Below, piece by piece: positions 40,230 through 51,136 of a stretch of 64,000 nucleotides of DNA. The notes beneath the pieces are model-generated. The model worked only from the letters and a program-made list of their open reading frames with translations. It had not been told where the DNA came from and made no database searches. Position numbers and translations under genes: made by a program. Every line of letters starts with the position of its first letter. Within the stretch, counting starts at the first letter, position 1. This DNA is from Nitrosopumilus sp. (GTDB taxonomy: Archaea; Thermoproteota; Nitrososphaeria; Nitrososphaerales; Nitrosopumilaceae): NCBI GenBank assembly GCA_965205675.1, contig OZ242186.1, positions 1,760,001 to 1,824,000 on the forward strand. Reading direction: 5' to 3'.

Positions 40230-41361
40230 AATATCTTATTGTTTCCATGCTCTAGTAAAAATAACTCACGGTTCCACAATGCAGATGCACATAATTCTAT
40301 CATGTCATTGTGTTTGGGAAATTCATATTCTGAATCTGGATTAAAGAAACTGGCAATGGAATCAGATAATGCTTCTCCAACTGGTTCATGGTTGAGAAAA
40401 ATCATATCAAAAATATCACAAAAAACAATGCAGATTCAATTACATCAGTCACTAGATAGTACAGTATCAAAATTACAAGAATTGGGAGTATTGGAACAAC
40501 CAGTTACTGTAGCAATTGACAAACATCTAATCCCAAGATATGACAAATTGCCAAACCATTCTTTAATAAAATCAAAATCTAAAAACAGTACTACTCATTT
40601 TGAGAGTTACTGCACCATGCAGTGCGTTGAAAAAAGAATCAGGGCTCAATTAGGTTGTTATCCTTTGTATGACAACAAATCAAATGCCGATTTTGTGCGT
40701 AAATTACTCTCTGATGGCATCAATAATGGAATCAAGATTAAACTATTGCTAGTGGATAGGGAGTTTTTCACAGCTGGAACAATTTCAGAAATAAAACAAA
40801 AGAATCTGAAATTTCTAATGCCTGCAAAAAAGAATTCTCGAATCAAAGATGCAATTGTACAATACGTTAATGGAGATAGAAAGTCAATCTCGCCATACAC
40901 AATAAAATCATCATCAGGACATGTAGAATCATTTAATCTAGTTATTCTACCAAACAAAAATGCAAGAAAAAAATCAGATATTATTGATCAGTATGTTGTG
41001 TTTGCAACAAATATTTCACCAAAAGAAATATCATATAACATACAAAACATTCCAACTGACTACAAGAAACGTTGGGGGATTGAAACAGGCTATGCATGTG
41101 TGGGAAGGTTCAGACCAAAAACCACCAGTTCAAACCAATCCATAAGATTGTTGTATTTTTACTATTCATTGATTTTGTACAATGCATGGATAATTGCTAA
41201 TTTGATTATCTCAGAAGAAACTAATGTACAAAATCACAAACCAATAATATCAATTGAAATTCTCAAATATTTCTTTGTAAAGATAATTATTCATTATTTT
41301 AGAAATAACAAAAATAATTATTTTCTAGAATGTGTAACTTGAGTTACTTTCCCATCTACTG
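40230..41361 (+). mobile_element. ISH3-family element, 5'-truncated; transposase ORF 40239-41342
   Basis: AIDKH, DREF, YKKRWGIETGY motifs; TACTG terminus. Confidence 0.9.
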
Positions 41362-41769
41362 ATCACAAATATCAACAATTTCTTTTTGCTGTAATGGATA
41401 AAGTTCCTCTTCTTGTTTTTTTGGAAATTCTAGATTTTCTTTTACATCATCAGAAGTTATCTTAATCCCTAAATGTCTAATGTATTTTTTTAGATATGAA
41501 AAATACATTATGATCGTACTTGGTGCATTACCAACATCTACGTTATAATTAACCCAACCTTGCAATACATCAAATATTTTATCAATATCATTTTTTACTA
41601 CAACCATTTCATCAAATACAATACTCGAATCTCTATTATCATACCTTGATTTACAATAACTGTTAAAATTACTAATCATATTTTTATGAATTTTTTTAGT
41701 ATTGGTTGGTCTAACTTTCATTTTATCCTCGAATGATTTTGATTGTTTTCTCTCATTTAAGAAAGTCAT
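41356..41769 (-). pseudogene. Phage integrase N-terminal fragment truncated by ISH3
   Basis: Starts just after the tRNA-Arg 3' end; PSTIIMYFSYLKKY SAM-like helix pattern. Confidence 0.7.
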
Positions 41770-41836
41770 TATTGAAAAATGACCTAAAAGAATACTTAAT
41801 CTAATCGTTTTGCATTAGATTAATAAGATAATCTAA

Positions 41837-41911
41837 AGGGCTCGGAGGGCTTCGATCCCTCGACCTAGCGGTTCGAAGCCGCTCGCACTATCCAGACTGT
41901 GCAACGAGTCC
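41837..41911 (-). tRNA. tRNA-Arg(TCG)
   Basis: Cloverleaf, loop CTTCGAA. Confidence 0.93.
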
Positions 41912-42138
41912 AAACAAGTAAGATTTTAACGGGTCTAAATATCTGTCTAGATCTAGTTTTTGACATGTTTTTTATTGGTTTGACGTTTTTAGATTATGCA
42001 AGATAGTTCCAACATACAATACAAGGTTAGTATATGCATTTGAAACCCATGCCGATAAAATTAAAGCAATTCCATAAGATTACTTTATGGTTTTGGAATG
42101 ATATGTTGGCGATGCTAATAGAAATTCAATTACTGATT

Positions 42139-42335
42139 ATATAGAAACGAACAAAGGATTGTAAACATCTGTACAGGATTTGTAAAAATATAATTTACAA
42201 CATCAAATTTGAACTTTGTTACTCAAATATTCAGAAATTGCCTTGTTCATTATTGCAAACATTGCATAATATTCTGATACCAACAACTCATACTTGCTTA
42301 TCTTCCATTATTGTTTTATCATGTTCAAGTATAGT
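42139..42335 (-). mobile_element. IS630 C-terminal remnant
   Basis: Aligns by eye with 55918-56112. Confidence 0.7.
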
Positions 42336-42412
42336 AATTGACTGTAATAGTAAAATCACCTCAAAAAAGACTGAATAAAAAATCTAGAGTGCGATGAATT
42401 TAAAACATACTA

Positions 42413-42457
42413 ATTTGTCCAGTTAATTCCTAGATTTTAGAAAATAACTGGACAAAT
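42413..42457. repeat. 13-bp perfect inverted repeat, 19-nt spacer
   Basis: ATTTGTCCAGTTA...TAACTGGACAAAT. Confidence 0.85.
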
Positions 42458-42533
42458 GAAAGCCAAAAAGAGAAAATCTAAGAGGCTTGGAAAAATGGAT
42501 CATACCACCATGTGTTTGCTGGGTATGTGGAAT

Positions 42534-42686
42534 TTAGAAATTCCAATACTTGAATAGAACACCAATCAAACCAACTATGATTAGTATTTCAAATATTCCA
42601 ATTCTGAATATCTGAAACTTGCCAACTCTTTTAATCCATTTTACTGCAAAATTATCCTCAGTGTTGATCTTAGTAGAGTTTTGCAT
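42534..42686 (-). CDS. 50-aa single-TM protein
   Basis: MQNSTKINTEDNFAVKWIKRVGKFQIFRIGIFEILIIVGLIGVLFKYWNF; upstream AGGTGG. Confidence 0.5.
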   Translation of the reverse strand: MQNSTKINTEDNFAVKWIKRVGKFQIFRIGIFEILIIVGLIGVLFKYWNF

Positions 42687-42731
42687 CTGTTATCAGTCCA
42701 CCTTTGTAATATAAAAAATATCCTAAAAATC

Positions 42732-44104
42732 TCATAATTTATTATGTGGTGTATTTTTTTTCATTTCTTTTTCAAGTCTTCTAGCCTGATTAATGCCCAT
42801 ATATGCTACAGTGAAATTTTTTGCGTGAGGTCTAAGAGATCGCTTTGTTTTATTCACTGTAAAATCATCTTTTTGATAGTATGATTGTAATCTATGACGT
42901 AGTACTTTTGATACCCCTATACCCCAGTTCATAAGTCTTTTCAATTTATTGTTCTTGCAAAATACTGATACATATTCAAATTGAATTTGTGCGTTCTAAA
43001 ATATTCCATAACTGTATACCTCATTTCATGAATAGATTCATAAAATTCTGATTCAACATTAACATGTTTGCACTGTCTCCAAACCTCTTCAATCATACTC
43101 AAATGCGGGGAGCCTCTCGGAAGATATGCCAGTTTGACATCTTTGTTTTTACGCAGATATTTTTTTACATCATTAGCTTTGTGTTGCGGCGCTCTATCGA
43201 CGATAACAAATATTTTTCCAAATTTTCTACGAGCTGCTTCCAAATAATCCATAAATGCAATTGAATTAAATTTTTCATACGATCTAAAAAAACTTTGATT
43301 ATCATCATTTCCATAAACCAAAAATCTTTGATGTGATCCTCTCCAACGTACAATCATTCGTTGATGTGTATCTGTCCAGTATTTTTTACCAAGACGCACA
43401 TCGTCTACAAATACTGATTCGTCTTGGATAAATACTGTAAAACCTTTCTTTTTTGCCTTTTCTATGCGTGAAATGATGCGGTTTTTCCACTTGCGGCATG
43501 CATCCTTGGATGCGGCACGTACATGTACCTTTTGTGGAACCTTTGGTTTTAGATTCCATTTATGCATCAAACGACGCACATGAGTGATATGATATGTAAT
43601 GCGTGTTCTGTAAAATATGAATTGTATCAGTTTCTTTGGAGTCATGCCGTCTGAAATTTTCTTAAATGCACGCTCTATTTTTTGTAATTTTTTGTGTGAA
43701 ATTAATGGCGGACGGCCAGAACGAGGGAGATCCTCCAGGCCCCCTCCAATCCGTATTTTTCAAATGAATCAAGCCAATTCCTTACAGAATTATATGTACA
43801 AAACATTTGGTTGGCAGTTTCAGCAATTGTGGATTCGTTGATTTTAATCTTACACATTGCATGCAGTCTTTCCTTTTTCTTACCGTACTTTTCTTTTTTG
43901 TAGGCCTGGAGTAACTCGTCATTTGTGATGTCCATGAAATTATTTCTAACTACTGATCAAAAAGTATTGCTATTTGTTTTGAAAAATTGCAAAGAATTAT
44001 GCTCCGAGGTATACATATTCCAGTTTTCTATTTTTGTTGAAAATTTGATAATATCCCGAAACATTTTTTATTTTTGATATATTTTCTTTGTTTAATTTTT
44101 TCAT
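42732..44104 (-). pseudogene. Minimal GIY-YIG nuclease split by IS630
   Basis: Removing the IS at its TA gives SGYYQIFNKNRKLEYVGVSKVLRHRLQSYY...LEKE...PHN. Confidence 0.8.
42918..44013 (-). mobile_element. IS630-family element, frameshifted
   Basis: TATACC termini, TA target, HTH plus QDES, VDRA, SPHLSMIE motifs. Confidence 0.9.
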
Positions 44105-44105
44105 C

Positions 44106-44245
44106 TTAACCAATCTTAAACATATTCGTATTGCATTTAGTACACTTGCCTTTAGTTGCAGGTCGCCCGTTCTTCATCTTTGTTTTAGTTGCGTTCTTCA
44201 TGGTTTTTTTTTTGATTTGCATTTTACACAGTAGCCAACAGTCAT
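44106..44245 (-). pseudogene. DUF5679-like zinc-ribbon protein, frameshift in A10 tract
   Basis: MTVGYCVKCK...MKNGRPATKGKCTKCNTNMFKIG. Confidence 0.75.
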
Positions 44246-44287
44246 GTTTTTTCAATGGTATTGTGATCTAAAAGGATTATGGTGTAT

Positions 44288-44600
44288 CTATGATAATACA
44301 ACGTCAGTAGATATGTTCAGATTTCCCAATACTGTCAATAGTGCCCTTAGTTGTGATTGTCCTTTTGGTAATACTAGACCGCTTGTAAACTCATTGATGT
44401 TTTGTGTTGTTTTTCCAGCGGTGTTTATCGTTCCTATTGAATTAATAATTTCAAACCATTCATCATTTGATCCTTTTGATTCTAGTCCTATCTTGATGTT
44501 TTTTGGACTTGTATCTACTATCTGGTTTTTAGAGAAGACTAGATTTTGCGGTTCATCATGCTTTGTTTCCCAACCCCAAATAACCATCAACACTCTTTGA
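44288..44600 (-). pseudogene. 5'-truncated beta-rich hypothetical protein
   Basis: ORF cut upstream by the IS903-type element; co-oriented with DUF5679/GIY-YIG genes. Confidence 0.45.
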
Positions 44601-44601
44601 T

Positions 44602-45459
44602 GCTTTGAAATCATTTCTGATTCTATTGCATTGCAATCATTTTATTGTACAGACAAACTTTCATTTTCAATTCATGAATCATGTTTTCTCTCTTGTGCGA
44701 TGTCACATGCTCTCCAAACATTCTTTTGAATACAGAGAATGCTCCCTCTACAATCCATCTATCCCCATAGCTTACGCTGAGCTTCCATAGATCCAAGTTA
44801 TACAATTGTGCCAAAACAGACTTTCTCCGAGGATAACAATCAGTTACAACTGATGAGTTTTTTCTTGTTTTAATTGCAGGTAGAATATCATTATCATAAT
44901 ACAGATATGAAAAATTATCCTTTGTATCATATGCACCATCAGCCAAAGTTTTAGTGACATTGCCAAACTGTTTTGATTGCTCAACTAGCGATATGAAATG
45001 TTTTGAATCATGTGACTTGTCATCTGTAATATCAATCCCTGTGATCTGTTTAGATTTCACATCTACTGCCCAACATGAATTTTAAGAAATCCTCTTCTCT
45101 TCTGCCATTTCTGTCTCATCCACTCACCTCTGTCTGCAACCTTGATTCCAGTTGAGTCTATTGCAATGACAATGTCTTTTCCTAGTTTTGGATTCATCTT
45201 GATGTCAAGTTTGTTGACACGTTTCCAAATGGCAGAATATGTGGGAGTCTTTGTTTTGGATTGGAGGTGTGATTTTATCAGACCTTCTGTTTGTCTGAAT
45301 GGAAGATGCAAATAGAGATGACAGTATCCTAGTGCCTCCATGAAGGATTCGGGATAGACAAATCGATGACCTTCCTTTTTGTGATTCATCTCTTTTAGTT
45401 CCATACTCCATGATTCCATTGCGTCAAAGGACAACATGATTTCTCCACGTCTAACTAGT
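44602..45459 (-). mobile_element. IS5-family (IS903-like) element, truncated and frameshifted
   Basis: LPFRQTEG, IDSTGIKV..RGEW, ADGAYD, RWIVE motifs. Confidence 0.88.
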
Positions 45460-46524
45460 AGACCTCTTGCGTAATTAGACATATTTTACCATATTACACA
45501 AATTCATTCACAACAAGATCCAAAGCTAAGAACAACCTAACACATTTCATGTTAACATACAAGCAACTCTCAAAAAAGCCAAGATAATTTCTCTCTTTTA
45601 CTGGAGTGGCCAGGCAGCACTTTGATGTGATTCTAAAGGATGTCAGAAAGAATCACCGTATAGAAGAAAAGAAGAGACTATCCAAAGCAAAGAGAAAAAG
45701 AAGTATCGGAGCTGGGCGAAAGTTTGATTTGAGTCTTGAAGACCAGCTTGTAATGTTGTTTGTTTACTATCGGATGTACCTGACATGTGAATTGACAGGA
45801 TATCTGTTGGATTAGACCAGAGCAACGTCTACAGAAACATCAGATTTAGAGCCTGCAGTAAGAAAAACAGTTCCTATTCCTTCAAAACTATACTCTGATT
45901 CCAAAAAAATGATGTACAGCAACTGCAACTGTTCTTTCCTGAATTAATTGCAATGACTGATGGTACTGAACAACCAATCCCAAGACCCCAGAACAAAAAG
46001 AAAAGAAAGACTCACTATTCAGGCAAAAAAAACACACAATAAAAAACCAAATCACCATAAACCAGAAAGGTGAGATAATCCACAAACCCCCACATTCTCC
46101 AGGTAACATGATTATGCGATACTGAAAATCAGACATCCAGAACTGCCCGAAGATGTGATGATATTTTATGACCTTGGGCATTTGGGAGTGGAAAAAGATT
46201 TTCCAGAACAGACAAGCATTCTACCATACAAGAAAAAGAAAGGAAAAAACTGACCATACATCAAAAGGAATGGAACAAGATACAGTCAAGAATCCGAATA
46301 AAAGTAGAACATATTATCTCTCAAATCAAAAAGTTTAGGATTAATTCTGAGACATTTAGGAATAGATTGTGCAGGTATGATGCAATAAGTGACATCGTAT
46401 GTGGAATTGTGAATTTCAAGACAAGATGGAAGCAAGAGCTTGTTGTGATTCCATAAGATTAGAAATTATTTGAAATTAAATTCAATGAAAGATAAGATTT
46501 TGTTTGTAATTACGCAAGAGGTCT
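45460..46524 (+). mobile_element. IS5 DDE_Tnp_4-type element, copy 2, multiple indels
   Basis: Near-identical to 39158-40229; flanks AGT/AAT. Confidence 0.92.
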
Positions 46525-46652
46525 AATGAAATGAATATCCTATAAAATCTGTTATTTTGGTAATTCTGATATTACCTTAGTACAACTTTTGATCAGTTTG
46601 TATACAAAATAATCACTAAGGTATTATAGTATGTAATTTTCTATTTCTCTAC

Positions 46653-47501
46653 ATGCCAGAAGAAATTCCAGAGAGAATGTGGCTGCCATTATTAATTTTA
46701 GAAACTACTGGTGACTTACATTCGAAAACAAAATTCCAAAAAATTGCATTTCTGACACAATACGAATCAAAATTTGACGTATATGATTTCATTAAACATC
46801 ATTATGGTCCATATTCTGATGGTCTTGATTTAGACACAGTATGTTATCCTTCATTGATTACTCAAACTACTTCTCAATTGTATTATGCACCAAGTAGACA
46901 TTACTATTCTTATTACATTACAGAACAAGGAAAAAATATTTTATCAGAATTAAAACAAAAAATACAACCAGAAATCCTTCAAATAATGGTTGACAAAATT
47001 AAAGAAATTAATGAAAAACCATTATGCGAATTACTTGAAGAAGTTTATGAAAAATTTGCTCTAAAGAAAGATGATTCTATACAACTTGAATTACAAGTTA
47101 AAGAAGAATTAATGAAAGTAATGCCTCCAATTAATCATAGCTATACAAAATTTGGAAATAGACAAACTACTTTTGTTTTAGGTATTTTAGAAGCCATTGA
47201 CAAAATTCTGTCAAAATCCCAAACAGAAAATACCGTGCAAAAAGGAGTTATTTTTAATTTATCAAAAGAAATTATTCAACGATGCAAAGATTTAGCAAAA
47301 GATGTTATTCCTCCTACCAATTCTGATTTCTTACGTCCACAATTTTTAGAAATACATGATCTTTATAGCTATCTTATTCAATACTGTGAAAATAGAAATA
47401 TCGTTCAAGATCCTATGTCACAACCATTAGATGAAATACTAAACGAGGATGAAGCATTACGTCTGTCTCAAGCACTGGAAGCAATAGAACTTCCATCTTA
47501 A
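46653..47501 (+). CDS. Panacea/SocA/YwgA-like antitoxin with helical extension
   Basis: KTKFQKIAF...YDF..HHYGPYS motif. Confidence 0.7.
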   Translation: MPEEIPERMWLPLLILETTGDLHSKTKFQKIAFLTQYESKFDVYDFIKHHYGPYSDGLDLDTVCYPSLITQTTSQLYYAPSRHYYSYYITEQGKNILSELKQKIQPEILQIMVDKIKEINEKPLCELLEEVYEKFALKKDDSIQLELQVKEELMKVMPPINHSYTKFGNRQTTFVLGILEAIDKILSKSQTENTVQKGVIFNLSKEIIQRCKDLAKDVIPPTNSDFLRPQFLEIHDLYSYLIQYCENRNIVQDPMSQPLDEILNEDEALRLSQALEAIELPS

Positions 47502-48082
47502 CTGTCCTTGATACAAACGCTTGTCTTTTCTATTCGATTAATCATAGCGTAACAAAATCAGGAAGAAAAATTCCTATAAAATTAAAGAATTCTGAACCTG
47601 TAAATCGCTATCTTACACCAAAAATTTCAGAGAATTCAATTTATGTCATAGAAACTGTTAATCGAGAAACTACAGGAAAAATTTGGGATGAACTATCAAA
47701 AATTGGTTCTAGTCTTTCATTTCAAGCATCAACAATCCACAAATTGGTTCAGTTATCTTCTTCAAATTTTAACAAATTAACTCAAAATCAAATCCATCCT
47801 GATGATCTATCTCTTCTTTCTGATGTCAAAAACATGTATGCAACAATTTGGAGTGACACTGGAAAAAATGAAAAAAAGAAAAAATGGGCACAAATAAAAA
47901 AAACTACCATAGATAAAGGTCCTCCAAGTGGACCTGATCTAGATATTTTAGCAACAACTGCAAAATTGGCGCAAGATGAAATTGTAGAATTACTAACGTT
48001 TGACAATGATTTTATTTTATTTGCAGATGAAATATTGAGCGAATTTGGAATTTCCATCAAAAATGGATGGTTACTAGAATGA
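47456..48082 (+). CDS. PIN-domain nuclease, no canonical start
   Basis: Frame open 47453-48082 with VLDTN, DLDILA, LTFDNDF; first TTG only at 47744. Confidence 0.7.
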   Translation: MTSVSSTGSNRTSILTVLDTNACLFYSINHSVTKSGRKIPIKLKNSEPVNRYLTPKISENSIYVIETVNRETTGKIWDELSKIGSSLSFQASTIHKLVQLSSSNFNKLTQNQIHPDDLSLLSDVKNMYATIWSDTGKNEKKKKWAQIKKTTIDKGPPSGPDLDILATTAKLAQDEIVELLTFDNDFILFADEILSEFGISIKNGWLLE

Positions 48083-48149
48083 TCGATCAAATTTCCCTCC
48101 TAAAATAACTCTAAACTATCTGAATTCTCACTAAAGTTAAATTGAATAT

Positions 48150-48422
48150 TTATGAATAATTTTCTACAAGATCTGAAAAATATTCTATAATATCATTCAC
48201 TAATAACTCATATTCAGGATTAGAAGAACTGGATTGAACCATCATCTTGCCATTTTTGTAATATGTGATCATAATTTTACCATTTGGAGTATCAACTTCT
48301 AAAGCTTCTTGGGTGCCAAGTTGAATAGATCTGTTATTCAGTCTATGCCTTTCTTTTAGAAATCCTTTGAGATTATGAAATTCACTTTCTCTAACATTTG
48401 GACAAACATGATATGACTTCAA
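48150..48422 (-). CDS. Small TBP-like-fold protein (RNase HIII N-terminal/DUF3378-like)
   Basis: ITYYKNGKMMVQ pattern. Confidence 0.45.
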   Translation of the reverse strand: MKSYHVCPNVRESEFHNLKGFLKERHRLNNRSIQLGTQEALEVDTPNGKIMITYYKNGKMMVQSSSSNPEYELLVNDIIEYFSDLVENYS

Positions 48423-48565
48423 AATAGTGATGATGTATTGTCTTGATTAGTTATTAACATTTAACGAAACTTTGTAGATCGATATAGTTGTGGGACAAAT
48501 TTAATCCCCAAAAATGGTTCAAGCCTTTACGGATTCAGTCATAATCTTTTAAATTTAACAGAATA

Positions 48566-49645
48566 TTGTTTTATTTTGTGAAGTTTGTTATTTTTGCATT
48601 AATTCCATTAATCCTCTCAATAGGAATTGTTCCTGCTTTATCATCTGATTTTGTTCCAGAAGCTAATGCTGCAAAGTCCAAAGGGAATTCTCTGACTGAA
48701 ATTGGTTCAAAAAAAGTTTGTGGGGATAGATTATGCTCAGAAATTTCTGGAACAAAAAATGTCTCTCCTTCAATGATCATAAAATCTGAAAAGAAATTGT
48801 TTGCATCTGCAATGGATTACACAATTGCAGGACCTGAAATAGATCCTGAAAAAGGATATGCAGTAATTGAAATTGGTGATGGTCTTTACTGGCTAACTGA
48901 TGGAATGTATCAATTAATGTTCTTAACAACAGGAGAAGGAGTAATCTTAGTTGATGCTCCTATGGGAATGGGAACAAAAATTCAGCAAGCCATATCTGAT
49001 GTTACTTCTGAAAAAGTAACTCATTTCATTTACTCTCATATTCATAAAGATCATGTTGGCTCTGCAAGTTTACTTCCTGCTGATACAGTCTACATTTCCC
49101 ATATTGATACTGCTGAACATTTGATGATGAAAAATGATCCTCAACGTCCAGTTCCAACTGTAACTTTTCATGATGATTTTACTTTGGTGGTAGGTGATCA
49201 AATTTTGGAATTATCTTACTTGGGACCATTTCATTCAAAAGGTGATATTGTGATTTATTCTCCTGCTCACAAAACTATCATGGCAGTTGATTTGTTTCAT
49301 CCAAATGCAGCACCATTCCAATTCATGGGAATTACAAGAGATGTAGGTGAGCATATTGCAGTTCATGACAAACTTTTAGAAATTGATTGGGATGTAATTG
49401 TATCTGGCCATGAACCAATTTTAGGAACTCCTGAACATCTAAAATTTAACAAAGAATTCACCTTGGCAGTTTTAGATAATGCAATAATTGCAATGCAAAC
49501 AACGCAGTCAAGTGCAGATTACTTTGGAGATTTGGCAAACAAATGTGCTGAATTAACTGTTGAACAATATTCAGATCTAAAAGACATTGAAGTTTATCCT
49601 GTAGAAAACTGCATTACAATGGTTTTCTTTGCCATGATTGACTAA
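48566..49645 (+). CDS. Secreted MBL-fold metallo-hydrolase
   Basis: SHIHKDH, HSKGD, SGH; signal peptide; VCGDRLC motif. Confidence 0.85.
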   Translation: MFYFVKFVIFALIPLILSIGIVPALSSDFVPEANAAKSKGNSLTEIGSKKVCGDRLCSEISGTKNVSPSMIIKSEKKLFASAMDYTIAGPEIDPEKGYAVIEIGDGLYWLTDGMYQLMFLTTGEGVILVDAPMGMGTKIQQAISDVTSEKVTHFIYSHIHKDHVGSASLLPADTVYISHIDTAEHLMMKNDPQRPVPTVTFHDDFTLVVGDQILELSYLGPFHSKGDIVIYSPAHKTIMAVDLFHPNAAPFQFMGITRDVGEHIAVHDKLLEIDWDVIVSGHEPILGTPEHLKFNKEFTLAVLDNAIIAMQTTQSSADYFGDLANKCAELTVEQYSDLKDIEVYPVENCITMVFFAMID

Positions 49646-49741
49646 GCTGCGTCCATTTTTGACCCCAAAAACGATTTGAATCTATAATTATGAAATAATA
49701 GGCACGATTTGCTTTTTCATTATTAATATTTTCTATACAAT

Positions 49742-49856
49742 TGAGACTTGGGCATAATGATTTACAAAAATAAAATCTAATTTCATTCTAAATTCTCTAA
49801 CAGCAAAGCATTCTCTTTACAGTTCTTGGATTTTCTGCTCCAATTATACAGTTGTA
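49742..49856 (-). mobile_element. Right end of DDE IS (TGAGACTTGGGCAT family)
   Basis: Exact reverse complement of 50841-50955. Confidence 0.9.
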
Positions 49857-50432
49857 TACCTCGGAGCATAATTCTTTGCAATTTTTCAAAACAAATAGCA
49901 ATACTTTTTGATCAGTAGTTAGAAATAATTTCATGGACATCACAAATGACAAGTTATTCCAGGCCTACAAAAAAGAAAAAAATATTCACAAAAAAACAAG
50001 ACTGCATGCAATGTGCATTATCAAAATCAACGAATCCACAATTGCTGAAACTGCTAACCAAATGTTTTGTACATATAATTCTGTAAGGAATTGGCTTGAT
50101 TCATTTGAAAAATACGGACTGGAGGGCCTGGAGGATCTCCCTCGTTCTGGCCGTCCGCCATTAATCTCACACAAAAAATTACAAAAAATAGAGCGTACAT
50201 TTAAGAAAATTTCAGACGGCATGACTCCAAAGAAACTGATACAATTCATATTTTACAGAACACGCATTACATATCATATCACTCACGTGCGTCGTTTGAT
50301 GCATAAATGGAATCTAAAACCAAAGGTTCCACAAAAACTACATGTACGTGCCGCATCCAAGGATACATGCCGCAAGTGGAAAAACCGCATCATTTCACGC
50401 ATAGAAAAGGCAAAAAAGAAAGGTTTTACAGT
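49855..50432 (+). mobile_element. IS630 left half (ORF 49933 onward), truncated by MITE
   Basis: Near-identical to 43435-44013. Confidence 0.9.
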
Positions 50433-50572
50433 AGACCTCTTGCGTAATTATAGAGATTTTTTCTCAAATTTTGTATTTTAACAGAATTCATACCTGAAAA
50501 TTCAAATTTCTCAACCAATTTGAAAAATCCTGCAGCAAAATTCACGCCTAGAAATAATTACGCAAGACGTCT
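50433..50572. mobile_element. IS5 DDE_4-type MITE, copy 1
   Basis: TIR AGAC(C/G)TCTTGCGTAATTA shared with 39158 element. Confidence 0.9.
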
Positions 50573-50955
50573 ATTATATCAGTTTAGTGATGAGAGACAT
50601 TTGAGATTGATTTGTCCTATCAAAATATATCCATCAACACCACCAGAGCGAATCAAACTTGCAGATTTTTATAATTCTGAACAAGGTCAAGAGTTATACT
50701 CACAAAGAAAAGTTTCGATTGAACCTTTATTTGAAATATTCAAAGATACGTTCAACATTAGAACTGTACATGTGAAAGGATTTGACAACGTGAAATCATT
50801 TGGATTGGTTTGCGTGTTGGTGTATCAACTTGCAGTATATTACAACTGTATAATTGGAGCAGAAAATCCAAGAACTGTAAAGAGAATGCTTTGCTGTTAG
50901 AGAATTTAGAATGAAATTAGATTTTATTTTTGTAAATCATTATGCCCAAGTCTCA
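50573..50955 (+). mobile_element. DDE IS C-terminal part and right end
   Basis: YPSTPPERIKLADFY...KRMLCC as in 15343-15801; TIR ATGCCCAAGTCTCA. Confidence 0.88.
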
Positions 50956-50982
50956 CTTAGTTAATCAAAATTAGGCATGAAA

Positions 50983-51057
50983 TGGGCCCACGGGGATTTG
51001 AACCCCGGATCTTCGCCGTGTAAGGGCGACGTCATAACCGACCTGGACTATGAGCCC
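50983..51057 (-). tRNA. tRNA-Val(TAC)
   Basis: Cloverleaf, loop CTTACAC. Confidence 0.95.
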
Positions 51058-51136
51058 AGAAACCTACTCTGTTAAAATCCATTTAAACTTTGAGACAAGA
51101 GAAAATCTAAAAATTTGATTAAAAATCAATAGAATC

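Noticed and set aside
34000-41837. att direct repeat of the tRNA-Arg 3' end
   Set aside because: No duplicate found by eye, so the island's far boundary is not defined
50520-50900. Novel protein family starting MKNPAAKFTPRNNYARR (also 62626-62916)
   Set aside because: Shared N-terminus is read out of the MITE into unrelated transposase remnants
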